In this document: positions 1-12,718 of the stretch, piece after piece
Numbering within the stretch: position 1 is the first letter of the stretch
How the letters are laid out: each line of letters starts with the position of its first letter
Origin: Camelus dromedarius
Taxonomy: Eukaryota
NCBI RefSeq assembly: GCF_036321535.1
Contig: NC_087436.1
Location: 48,548,001 to 48,612,000 of the forward strand
Direction: 5' to 3'
Length of the DNA: 64,000 nt
Made by a program: the position numbers and the translations under genes
Notes under the pieces: model-generated
What the model saw: only the letters and a program-made list of their open reading frames with translations
The model's database searches: none
Told to the model about the DNA's origin: nothing

Positions 1-499
1 AACAGCAGATATTTTAATTGCCTACTGTGTGCCTATTTTTGGATTAACATGATGTTAATTTTTATTCCTAAATATGCCAAATGCAGAGTTGGATGGCAAT
101 AAATTAGAACTGGAACAACGGCCTATATCTGTATATATAAACAAATTTGAGGCATAATTATTCTATTTGTGGCTGTGTTGTTCCTTATTTAAGTATCTTA
201 CACTTTTTGAACAGATAATAAATGCGAGGCAGATTTACTATCACTAGAGAAAATATATTTGTTGAATTTAATAGGAAAACATCATGCATCATGTGAATAA
301 TTTGTGATTCAAGAAATGAACTGACAGCTCTGAAGGTAGAAAATAAGTTGTGGCATAGCTTTTTATGTTTGTTTAATAATTAGCTATAAGTAGTTAAAGT
401 GGTAACAAAACAGAAATTACCTATTAAAGTATGTTTTCTTCACAGGGAAACTAAATCTCATTCAAAATGTAAATAAAATAGTAATTTATGTGGATTTAA

Positions 500-721
<222 letters not shown>

Positions 722-1434
722 TAAAATTTTGTTGTCACAAGAAATCCATGTATCTAAACAAGTTCCTGCTACTAATTGTAGCCTTCTGTTATATAGTTTG
801 GATGGTTACCTCTTACATTCTCACGATAAGTAAAGGGAAAGTATCTTATTTTTCCTGGTACTATCAAATTACTTTGAAAAACCTGTTAGTATTAGTGTTG
901 TATTAAATTGTGCCATCAGTGGTTTTCACTTGGATTTTATGATATTCAGGGTTGTTTTTGAAGAAGTAGGAAATTTGAACGTAGTGAGTTCTTAAGTAGC
1001 TGCTTCTGTGTTTTGCTTGATATATTGCCTTGGAAGCTCTGTCAGATTTTGACTTACTTCATTACTTTTCTGGTAATTTCATATAAAATCAAAAGTCATA
1101 GTTGACTCTCAAAAGTTAGCCAGGGTATAGCTTAGCCTGTTACTCATTTGTATTATGTGACATGGAGTCAAACATCTTTTTAAAAAGGTGATTGGAATAC
1201 AGTATCATTGGTTGTTGTAAACCTGAAAAAAAAAAAAAAAAGCAAAACCCTTTTTGAGATAGCAGTCTCCTTATTCCATCTTAACCTTCTTTGTTTCCTG
1301 ATCATGCCTTTCCTTTTAAGACATATCCAGAAACAGTATGTTGATGGTAAGATTGAGGTGAAAAATGTTTATATTAAAACTACTAATACATTTAAAGTGT
1401 TAACAATAACATTTATGGTATGAATACTTGCAGG

Positions 1435-1560
1435 GTGCTTTGAAGTTTAAAAGTACTTTCATAAACATTTCATTTGATTCTCAAAACAAATCTGTGAGGT
1501 GTATGAAGCAGATAATTTCAGTTTTTAATAGATAAGAAATTCAGTGTTTGGAAAGGTAAC
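1435..1560 (-). mobile_element. MIR SINE fragment
   Basis: Degenerate reverse-complement MIR core (catttgattctcaaaacaaatctgtgaggt...gataagaaattcagtg). Confidence 0.6.
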
Positions 1561-2724
1561 AAAACTAAATAATCTCAGAACTAGTATGTTAACTTATATC
1601 ATTTGAGAACCCCTGGCCCCCATTCTGATTCGTCTTCCAGTGGAAGAATAGAGAATGAAAGGTAGGTGTACTTATTTCTAGTTCATTGCTCTTTGTGTTG
1701 CACTGTATCTCTCTGTGACATGATCATCAGGCCTGAGTAGACATCCTGCCATCCTTGACATATACAATGTCATTTGCTTTTAGGCCTATGAAGACATACC
1801 TTTTATTTGAATACATGACTTATCTAATGAGGGCTCTCAAAAAATATACAGAGCATAGAACAAATAGAAATAAAATAAGAACACGCCTTGTAATTATGGA
1901 TAGAGATTAAAAAAAAAACCTTGTGAAAAATTAACCAATATAGATATCATATTAAGTATTCATTTTTATTCAACTCCTCCTTTCTTGCTTCACATTATAA
2001 ATGTGATACATAACACAAGACAATACTAGATTAAATGTTATGGCTAGAGTTGAAGAAATTATAGGGGATCTGATTGCCAAGTTGGTAATGGTGTTTGATT
2101 TTTGAGGATAAAGTACCGAGATACAGACTAAAAAAAGGGATAGTTATTTTCAAAAAATTCTCTTGAAAGCACCTAATTATGTTCAGTGGCTAAACAAAAC
2201 TGCATTAGTTTAGTCAGTGCTTTAGACTGACAAAAATCATTTATGTAGAAAAATATGTATGGAATATAAAGATAGTCTGATAAAATCCTTAGACATATTC
2301 ATGAACATAGACAGTATTTTAAAAATCACAAAAGGAAAAATAATTTATCTTTGCTTTGGTTAACCAGAAAAATTAAACTCTGAAGTATGGTATACGAGAA
2401 GTGGCAAGCAAAAAAAATTGTTAAAACATAATAATGTGAACATATATTAAGTACTTACTGTGTACCAAGCCCTGCTCTAACCCTCTTTAAACACTCATCT
2501 AATCCTCACAATTTTGAAATCTGTTAAGCAATGACTGTTGAATGTTAATACATAAAATCAGTTTTGGAAAGGCTAATAGCAAGATAAAGATAAAATTCTG
2601 GCTAACAATAACATGAAACATGAGAGTCAGTGGGATTTCAACTTGAAAGTGCTCTGACGATTTTGCATTATTTGAGGGTAAAATAAATATGCTCGTTATA
2701 TTTAAAGATCAATTCAGGGATCCT

Positions 2725-3200
2725 TTCAGGTCTGAGATTTGATTTTACCCTACTTAAAAGCTAATAAATGAGCCTGTTACTGTTTCATGGATACTAGCAG
2801 AAAACCCAGCTCTCCTGTGTCAGAGACAAAGGATTTTATCACTCACAGCACAGCAAGCAGCATGAGCATTAGCGTATTTGTCTTGATTTTCCTTGCTTCC
2901 AAATCCCATAGAAACAACACAGAGGGTCCGGATGATACCTGCATATACAGTGGATTGCATTATAGGAGAGGAACTCTGAGTTTAGGAAACTTGAATTTTT
3001 TTTTTATGGTAAATAAGTATCTTCCCTTTACCCTGGAGAGAGACTATCTTTTTCTTCCAGGAGTATTAGAAAACCTGTGTATTGCTGCAAAAAGAGACTC
3101 TATCTCTATTTACCAAGGCTATTTTTATACAAACATATTTGAAAATATAATCCAAAACAGAGGGCAGTTAGTATCTCTGCTCACAAGAAATGTGTAAGTA
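2725..3200 (-). mobile_element. ERVL-type LTR relic (MER54/MER74 group)
   Basis: ttttaccctacttaaaagctaataa...tgttactgtttcatggatactagcagaaaacccagctctcctgtgtcagagacaaagga resembles the reversed 3' end of these LTRs; family recalled from memory. Confidence 0.6.
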
Positions 3201-3239
3201 CAAGAATGCATGTTAAAATTTTAGTGGTAATCACTGAAA

Positions 3240-3930
3240 AAACAGAAAGAGAATGTATCACTTTTAAATAGAAAGGAGGGTTATGGAACGAAGGAAAATC
3301 AACCAACCCTCTAAAAACATAGAAAGTATAGGCTAAGTAGATTGCCTAATAAAGGACATTTTTCAATAATTTTAAAGATCTATCTATATGCTATTTATAA
3401 GAGATAAACATAAAAATGTAAGGATATTGGTCAAAAGGAGATTTTTTAAAAAGCATATATCAGGTAATATTAACCTAAAGAAAACTAATGCAGTGTTATA
3501 TTAATATAAGCTAGTAAAACAGAAACCACAAAACAGGCCCACCCAGATATGGAATTTGGTATGTGACAGAGGTGGCTTTATAAATCAATTTGAAAAGTAA
3601 TGATTATTGAATAAATGGTCCTCATACAATTGAGTATCAACTCCAACTTCACACCATACATAAAAATAAGTTCTAAATTGACTTAGAAGATGTAAATATG
3701 AAATGTCATATTTATAATTTCCATCCAGGAAGGAGTTCTTGCAGAGATTATAGAAAGTACAAAATATAGTATTTAAAAAAGAGAATTAAAATTAAGGAAT
3801 GGTAGAAAAGGACTTTTTACTCTATTGATAATATACTATTTTGATTTAAAAAATTTTCAAAGCATTTGTGGTAAAATGTTAATGTTAGTTAAATCTGAGT
3901 GAATGGTACATTACTATTTGTTAAATGTGT
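3240..3930 (+). mobile_element. Ancient L1 (L1M) ORF2 fragments
   Basis: A-rich, with degenerate endonuclease-region and later ORF2 motifs (cttcacaccatacataaaaataagttctaaattg). Confidence 0.55.
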
Positions 3931-4129
3931 TGCTATGTTGGGTAAGCTAATTATTCAATAATTCAATAATTTTGATATAATATTTTTGTTCTATTTATGC
4001 TTCCCTCTCCATTATGATTCCCTCCTGTAATTACTGGGGCACTTTTGAATAACTTCTTGTAAAAACTTTAATACTAGTTATGTGAAAGTAATATTCATTT
4101 ACATATATAGTGTGATAGTCTTATGAGAC

Positions 4130-4345
4130 ATCCATGCATCATATGGGTCGAGGGACAGTTCCTTGTAGGATAAGAACATCAAGTTTGTGGCAAATGCTGA
4201 GCATCCTTGGCTGCCAGCTAGTGATTGCCTGTAATAATCTCCTATCATTGTGACAATAAAATGCTTACTTGTATTTCTGGACAATCACTCTATATTTATT
4301 TCCAAACATCCTCTAGGGTACAGTTATGTCACTGTTGAGAATCCT
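4130..4345. mobile_element. hAT-Charlie MITE relic (MER20-like)
   Basis: gcatccttggctgccagctagtg...ttgtgacaataaaatg...gttgagaatc resembles reversed MER20/MER20B. Confidence 0.4.
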
Positions 4346-6160
4346 AGAATTAACAAAGAGAAGGGAGGGGAAAGAGAATACATCTTAACCTGGAGAAAAT
4401 TCCCTTTTCTACGCTATATTTTATCACAGAGAAAGGGCAAAAATAAAAGGTATTTAACAGAGTTTAATTTTTAATAGGGAAATTATTTTTTAAAAACTTT
4501 AGTCCTGTTTTTCTGTTTATTGTGGGGGGTTTTTTGGCCTATTTCTCAGGTCTTTAGATAATATGAAAATGTTGAAACTGTTTTTAAATTTAATTTTGAA
4601 AACAGAGTTGATGTTTTTAACATAGAGATTATTGACAATGAATAATGGTGGGAGAGTTGAGATGAAATGGAGAATTTTTCTGACATTTTTCTTCCATTAA
4701 TAATCACATATTTTTAGATGTATGTCATTAGTTTGTATGTGCAGTCTTTCCTTTTTTTTTTTTTTCTTTCAAATGATTGCCTTCAGTGTTCTACCTTTAA
4801 GACAGTTGTTTAAGTGACTTTCTACATTTCCAACAACAATAAGGCTAGTAGGACTCATCAAGGACAAAGATGGGCACTTTGGTAATGAGATCCCAAACTG
4901 AGTTTGCTGCTCAATAACTAATCCTATCAAAATAAGCCCTCATTAATCTTCCATCATTAAAATGTAGGTTCCCATTGCAGGAAAGATTGTGATTTCTGGC
5001 TCCTTTCCATTTGCCGTGGGTCACAGAACTCTGAATACTAAGCATTGCTGAAGCTTGAATAGTTAGGAATATTCTGCACTGATGTGATGTTTAGATTATA
5101 TATATCATGGTAGTTATGTGATTTACATATAAATGGGGTGAGTAATGTGTATTTGGCAAAATTGGGGCCAGAGTGATTTCTATCATTTTTGTCTTGGTGT
5201 ATGTTTCTGCTTCTGAAAATATACAGGCTTTTAAAATGAGAACAGGAAAGTACACTCCTTCATTGTTAAGGAAACTATTTTTCTGAAATGCTATGAATAG
5301 CATTCAGCTTGCAAATTTGAAAAGTTGTCAGGTGGCCAGAAAGAGAAATGATAAGGGCTGTATCTCAGTATTTGTGCCTTTTGAACCTACTGTCACTACT
5401 AAAGATAAAGCTAACAAATTCAATGATAAGCAAATATGCTGGCAAAGCCATTGTCGTTCAACTACCATCCTGATGGATGCTTATACTACTACTGATTTTC
5501 TCCTTTCCTAAAAGTTTATCCCTATCATTTTCAAAATTTATGTTTATCTGAGTTTATATTTACAGAAAATGTGAAAGAATTTCTTAGAAATATTTATGCA
5601 TTTGTTTTGTTTGTTCATTTGTTCCTTCGTTCATTCCTGGCCTTCATGTTGTTACTATTATATAAAGAAATTTTAGGTTTTAATCTAAAAAGGAGACAGT
5701 ATACTGACAGTGAGCTTTTTAGATTTTTACCAAGATGTTATTACGGGGTAAATCAGGAAAGTGCACCTTACTTAGAATCTCCTATAACAAGAGCCCCTGC
5801 TAACCTCTTCTTGTACATCTGTGGAGTGCTAGGGTGTGTCCTCTGGCTGCTGTTTTCCCTTACATTAGTCCTAACTCCATTCTACTGACCTTGGATTTTT
5901 TAAGGTCCTTGAATACAAAAAGCTTATTGAGCTCTCTTTCTCACAATAGAGCTTAGTTACCTTTCAGAAAGGACTCATATCTTAGAAACCAAAGACTTAT
6001 TAATTCCATCGATACTGGCAAAGTAATATTTTGGTACTTTCTTGCTAAGAACACATGCACACCAGTTAAGTATCCAGCAAGTTTCCCTATTTAGTAAATC
6101 CTTACTCAGTTTTCAATCTAATGTATTCTTATACTGGTTGAGAGAAGTAAAAAGAAATAT

Positions 6161-6530
6161 ATGCTTAGTCAGTAAGTCAGACAGAGAAAGACAAATACTA
6201 TGTCACTTATATGTGGAATCTAAAAAATAATATAAATGAAGCTATATACAAAACAGAAACAGACTCACAGACATAGAAAACAAACTTATGGTTACCAAAG
6301 GGAAGAGGGCGCAGGTCCAGGACAAATTAGGAGTATGGGATTAATAGATGCAAAGTACTGTACATAAAATAGATAAACAACAGAATTTACTGCATAGTAC
6401 AGGGAATTAAACCCAATATCTTGTAATAACCTATAATAGAATATAATCTGAAAGAAAATGGAATAACTATGCTGTACACCTGAACCTAACACAATATTGT
6501 AAATCAACTATACTTCAATTTAAAAAAAAA
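6161..6530 (+). mobile_element. 5'-truncated L1 3' end (cetartiodactyl-type 3' UTR) with poly(A)
   Basis: acagactcacagacatagaaaacaaacttatggttacc...gctgtacacctgaacctaacacaatattgtaaatcaactatacttcaat followed by A9. Confidence 0.85.
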
Positions 6531-6547
6531 GGAAGTATAGCATGATG

Positions 6548-7765
6548 CAGCAGTTCTTAAACTTTCTAGTCTCAGGACCTCTTTACATTTTAAAAAATTA
6601 TCAAGTATCCCAAAGAGTTTTTATGTGTGTTATAGCTATCGATATTTGCTGAGACATTTTAAAAAATTATGTATTAATTTATTTAAAAATGACAATAATA
6701 ATACCATTGGATGTTAACAAAATAACGTTTTTCTGAAAACTAAGTGTTTTTTGAAACAAAAAAATTGAAAAATGGTATTGTTTTATATTTTTGCAATTTC
6801 TATTTAATAGAGAAAAGCTAGATTCTCATGTCTGCTTCTAAATTCAATTCTGTTGCAATACATTGTTTCAGTTGAAGTACATGAAGAAAATCTGGTGGCC
6901 CTACAAAGGTGTGTAATGGCAAAGGGCCTTTTCAGACAGTGGTAGTTTCTTAAAGTTTAATTGCAGTGTATAATCTAAAGCTGTATCAGTGAGCTTTACT
7001 CTGTTATAATCAAATCCATCAGTCTGTCTTGCACTTTGCATGGCTCTTTTACCTATACGTGATTTTGCAATATCATGCACTGCTCATTTGGAAAGTATTG
7101 ATGTGCTGAATTATGCGGATCTTTCAACTATGAAACATTTCATTATACAATATCAAAAAATCACATTCATTAATAGTGCCACTGATCTCATCCAAAAAGT
7201 CATTAAATATTGGGGAACTGCCAGGCTCATAGGGGCAAATACAAGTTTTCTAAAATTCTAATCTTCACCTGACAGCTAGAATTTTTTCTTGAAGTTTCAG
7301 ACTCAATTCATTTTTAAGAAATGTCTGCCAAATATCCAAGCCTAAAAACAAAATACTGTTTTTATGTCATTCTTTCAAGTAAAAAGTGACATTTCTTTTT
7401 AAAAAGCACTACACTGACTCACAGTTCAAACAATTGTCCAAATGCTTTTTCTCAAGACAGTCTTTGTACTTCAGTATGCAGTGCAAGTGCTTTATGCATA
7501 CTTCCCATTTTGTCTCATGGAACATTTAAAAAGATATTTAACAAAATTAATCATTTTTACTCCTTTATAAGAGTATAACTATTATTCTTTAGTGCCAGTA
7601 CCTTGATTTGTGCCAGCAGGTTTATCCACCAGCGGTTTTACACCATTACCACAAATGTTAACATAGTAAAGAAGAGCAGAAACATCTTAGTATTGTTATG
7701 AAAATAGCTTTGAATTTTGGGGCCCTGAAGGGCCTTGACAATCCCCAGGAGTCTGTGACTGGTAT
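6548..7765 (-). mobile_element. hAT DNA transposon relic (Charlie1a-like), ~1.2 kb
   Basis: Terminus cagcagttcttaaactttctagtctcaggacctctttaca; opposite end aacatcttagtattgttatgaaaatagcttt...ccctgaagggcc resembles Charlie1 ends. Confidence 0.7.
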
Positions 7766-7950
7766 TAAGAATAAGCACTCAGACACTGGTGTCAGTGGGC
7801 CAGGGATCTAATCCTGATTCTTCAACTTACTAACTGAATACTTGAGTTAGTTTCTCTTATCCACAGTCTCCTTACTGTTAATGTTGATTATAATAAATCT
7901 TACCTCATAAGATTATTGTGATGATTAAATGAGTTAATACGTACATACTG
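7765..7950 (+). mobile_element. MIR SINE
   Basis: Core ttacctcataagattattgtgatgattaaatgagttaatac with a degenerate head. Confidence 0.65.
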
Positions 7951-8642
7951 TTCAACACCATTATTGGTTTCTTATTTTACTTATTAGAATCTGATCACGT
8001 TGCACTATTTCTTTGGTTATATTAGTATGATTTACATTTAGAAAAGCATTTTATGGCAAACTATAATGGATATATTATTTCAATGCATCAGTTAACAACT
8101 ACTTTGGTGGAGGAAATATAATGTTAACAACGAAAAAGTCTTGTTTGAGTTGGTAAGATTGCCATTCACCACTTTAAATTTTAACCTTTTTTATTTGCTT
8201 GGTTTTAAGGTACTTTTCTGTCTCCTAGAAAGTGCTGCATACTGCATAGCATGCTTTGTAGCCTTTTACTTAAAATAAATTAATTGTTTGAAAACTTCTA
8301 AAAGTTTTTTTTAGTACTCAGTGAGTTAATTGAAAGTACTCTGGTTGTATAGCTGATCATTCCCAAAAATGATAATGTGGATTTCAGAAACATTAAATTG
8401 TCCAAGTAATTTTATTATTAATTTCTACTTTATAGTTTTTCAGTTCAATAATTTATTTTGTAAGTCAATTATTTTTTAATTTTTTAATTTTTTATTTTTT
8501 TAGTATTAGGGAAATCATTACTTGCAAAAGATGTAACTAATTTAACCTTCGGTATACAAGGGAAAGAAAATTAACCATTTTACCCTCTGGATCCAATGGA
8601 CCTTTTAAATTATTTTTGTTTGTTTAAGTCATTTTTGAATAA

Positions 8643-9075
8643 TTCTAGCTACAAAATAAATGAGTCACAAGTATGAAATGCACAGTATGTCAAATATAGT
8701 AAATAATAATATGATATATTTGTATGGTAACAAATGGTAACTGGACTTATCACAGTGGTCATTTTGAAATGTATAGAAATGTCAAATCACTATGTTGTAC
8801 ACTGGGAACTAACATAGTGTTGTAGGTGAATTATACTTCAAAAACAAACAAACTCATAGAAAAGGAGATTAGATGTGTGGTTACCAGAGGTAGAGGACAG
8901 GAGAAAGGGGTAACTGGCTGAAGATAGTCAGAAGGTATTAACTTCTAGCTATAAAATAAATAAGTACTAGGGATGTAATATACAACATGATAAATATAAT
9001 TAATACTATTGTATGTTACATATGAAAGTTGTTAAGAGAGTAAATCCTAAGAGTTCTCATCACGGGGAAAAATGT
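8643..9075 (+). mobile_element. L1M 3' UTR fragment
   Basis: tcactatgttgtacactgggaactaacatagtgttgtagg and gtggttaccagagg...gttgttaagagagtaaatcctaagagttctcatcac motifs. Confidence 0.75.
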
Positions 9076-10602
9076 TATAAAAGCTTTTGGACTGTTACTA
9101 AGAATGATAATTGTGATTCCTGTGAAGATATCTGATATATGCCACATCTTTTGCCAAGTATTTTAGAGCCATTAACTAATCTCAGCTATCCTAAAGGTTC
9201 AAAGAGATATAGAACTACCAGATCACAAAGTCCAGAATTTCAGAGTTTCAAGAAAATATATGATAGTTTCCTGCTTTGAAAACTTGCTGTATTTCAAGCA
9301 TCCTTTTCTTAAATGGACATACATACATTCCGCTAATACGGAGAATCATTGCAAGACATCCAGCTAACGGTCAACATGTATTTTACAGAGATGGCTTACA
9401 GTAACTTAAATATAAAAATACTTCTGACTTGAGGTAAACAGAAAATATGCTAATAAGAAGATAGATTAAGAAAGTCAATTAGAAAGGACTTCCTTTTGTA
9501 TTAATAATAATAATTATTATATATGTATATAGAGAGAACACAATATATTTGTAAATAAAAAATCCATTTGATAAAAGATTCATCTAGAGTTTATTAAAAG
9601 AAATATTTAGTTTCTTAATATTTTTCACTTTTATACACTTACAAGTTTTCAGCCATAATTTTCCACTATTCAAAATCAGGTTAATGAGCCCCTGCCTTTG
9701 TTTTTCCTACTGATATTTCTAATTTAGACATTAGCAGACCATATGAAAAGATCTCATGAAATGGTAAATATCGTTTATTCTTTCTTGATATTGCTAGGGG
9801 GCAGTATTTACCCAGCTGACTCTTTTAGCAGAATAGCACTAGGTCACATCAAGAATATATAGTTTCATGATCTGGAGAAAATAGTTAAAAGAACGTATGA
9901 TTTCTTTTCGTTGGGTTTGTTTCCAACTTTAAATCAGGAAATAGATAATAATATCTCTAACTTAATAAGACTAATTTTATATATTTTTATATTTGTAATA
10001 AAATGTTTCATTATATAATTGTCATTTTAAAAATTGAAACCTGAACCACCCTAGTTTCAAAATTATTCTAGTTTGCTGTCTTTTTGTGTATCAGATTGTA
10101 TTATGAAGATATACCAACATGCTAAGAAATTATTTAAGATGAAAATATCAGTTAAAATTTTAAAAGGGAGAAATATAGAAAGAATAAATAACAAACATTA
10201 TAATCTCACATAATATATTACCTATTTATTTACCTGACTTCAATTTATCTTGTAAGAGACAACTGGTACTGGTGAGCACCTAGGAGTTGTTACATATTAT
10301 ATTAAAGAAATGTATTCAACTTGAATCATTACTTTTCAAATATCCAGTAGAATGTGCTTCATTTCGCTTATTTCTACTAACTGTTTACATAATAGTTGTC
10401 AAAGTATAGTTATATAATTCAAAATTTGAAGTTTTTTCAGTACTCTCCATTATTTAATACGAAGGATTAAATATATGTATACACCAAGAAAGAGTAGCTA
10501 ATTTTCTCATTATCTCATATTTATTAAAAACTTCTCAAGAAATTGTATTATCTTGTGACTATTTGATCCTTTAATCCATCCCTTTCAATTGTCTTCATTA
10601 CA

Positions 10603-11975
10603 TATTTCATTCTTTCAACAAATAATTAAATGCCTATTACGTACCGGGCATTTCCCTAGGCCCTGGGTACATCAATGAAAAAAAAAGATGAACGGACAAA
10701 ATATCTGCCCTCATTGAACTTATATTCTCATGGGAGGTGGACAATAAAGGAGATAAATATACGATGTGATATGTTAGGTAGTGGTAAATACTAAAGAAAA
10801 AAAAATTAAACTATAGCAGGGACATGGAGATTAAATATTCAGGTAAAGGAGAAAGTGAATATTTAAGTAAGGTAGCCAGGGAAAGTCTCACAGAAAAGGT
10901 GATTTTTGAATAAATGCTGTAAGGAACTGTGGGAAAGAGCAATCCAAGCAGAAGCAACAGCAAGAGCTACAGCCCTGAGGTGTAAGCATGCCAGGGACAT
11001 CAAAGGAGCAGCCAGGAGACCAGCGTGACTGGAGCACAGTGAACAGGGAGATGAGGGTCAAAGAGGTAACTGGCGGGCCGGAGTACACAGAATCTTATAG
11101 GTCATAGGACTTTAGCATTTATTGTCAGTAGTGGAAATCCACTGGGTGTTACATGTTCTGATATAAACATTTTGACAAGATCATTCTGCCTGCTATTGTA
11201 AGAGAAACCCAAGGAGGGACAAGGATGGAATCTAGAAGACTCCATTACATGGCTATTGTAATAATCTTGATAAGAGATAACGGTGGCTTGAATCAGGAAA
11301 TTAGCTGTAGTGGTGGTAAGAATTTTTCATATTCTGAATACATTTAAAAATGTAGCCAGCAGGACTGCTGGTGACAGTTATACAATGTGAGAGAAAGAGG
11401 AGTTTAAAATAATTACAGAATTTTTTTTACCTGATCAGTTGGAAGAACGGCAGTTCTCTTAGCTTAATATTTGGAAGACTGTATGTGGAGGCAGTTTTTG
11501 GAAGAAGTTTTAGGAGCTCAGTTTGGGACATGTTATTGATATCTATCAGATGTACATGTGGAAATGTGAAATAGGCATTTGGACATAAAAGTTTGGAATT
11601 TGGGGAGGAGGTCTGGGATAGAGCTATAAATGAGTCCTCACATAATTTGGAGAAAAATAGAAAAGACAAAAGTTCTAAACACTGAACCTAGGGCATGCCA
11701 ATATTTAAGTCAGAGAGATAAATAAGAACCAACAAAGGATATGGAGAAGGAGCAGTCAGGAAACTAGATGAATGTGATTTCTTGGAAGCTAAGTGGGGAG
11801 GGGACTTGTTTTAGGAGATGAGTGTAGTCAACTATGTCAAACCCTGCTGATTGTTAAAGACTGAGAATGAGAATAGGCCATTAGATTTAGCAACATGGAG
11901 ATCTCTGGTGACCAAGATAAGAGCAGTTTTGGTGGTGAGGTGGAGACAAGAACCTAATTGTAGAGATCAAGAAGG
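10603..11975 (-). mobile_element. L2 LINE (3' ~1.4 kb)
   Basis: Reversed L2 tail (cattctttcaacaaataattaaatgcctatta) then the typical purine-rich L2 body (gatttagcaacatggagatctctggtgacc). Confidence 0.8.
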
Positions 11976-12064
11976 TATTAAATGAATAGCTATTGTTCTT
12001 AATGAACTGTAAGCTCCTTATAGGCTGGAACTATGCTTCATTCACTGCTTATCCTTCAGGCATA

Positions 12065-12280
12065 GGGTCAGTTCTCACTTGCTCCACATTTTGTTCTATT
12101 CAGACCTCCAATGAATTCCACGAGGCCCACTCACATTAGGGAGGGCACTCTGTCTTACTAAGTATGCTGATTTTCATGTTGATCTCATCCAGCAACACAC
12201 TCAAAGACAAACCCAGAGTAAGGTTTAAATATCTGGGCATCCCATGTCAGTCAAGTTGACAAATAAAATTAACCATCACA
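12065..12280 (-). mobile_element. MLT2 (ERVL) LTR 5' fragment
   Basis: Ends gtcaagttgacaaataaaattaaccatcaca, the reverse of the MLT2 start TGTGATGGTTAATTTT. Confidence 0.8.
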
Positions 12281-12405
12281 AGACTTCTTTTGTGATTATC
12301 AATATGGTTGCCTTTAAACCTACCAGTTTGTTATTTTTATTCTATTTGTTCTATCACTTCTTTGTTCTCTTTTTCCTTTTTATCTGCCTTTGGATTTGTT
12401 AGATT

Positions 12406-12408
<3 letters not shown>

Positions 12409-12451
<43 letters not shown>

Positions 12452-12472
12452 AGCGCGCGCGTGCACACGCAC
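12409..12472. repeat. (GT)18 microsatellite running into a (GC)n tract
   Basis: Directly visible. Confidence 0.97.
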
Positions 12473-12516
12473 TTACCTCCTTTGTTGTTTTCCTATTGGT
12501 TTTTTAAAGATTTATA

Positions 12517-12718
12517 CAGTGGTCCTCAACAAGGGGCAGTTTTCCTCTTGGGATTTTTGGCAATGTCTGAGACATTTTTGACAAAAGTGAGCAAGAACTA
12601 CTGACATCTAGTTAAGAGGCTGAGTTGCTGCAATAATCTTAAAAAGCAAAGTACAACCCTTCCGCCATGAAAGATTATCCAATCCAAAATGTAAATAATT
12701 CTGAGGTTAAAAAATTCT
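12517..12718 (+). mobile_element. MER20 hAT-Charlie MITE, near full length
   Basis: cagtggtcctcaac...ttggcaatgtctgagacattttt...ccaaaatgtaaataattctgaggtt; flanked by near-identical 8-mers gatttata/aatttata. Confidence 0.8.

Noticed and set aside
2787..3197. Longest ORF in the track (136 aa on +)
   Set aside because: Lies within an ERVL LTR relic and has no recognisable protein features.
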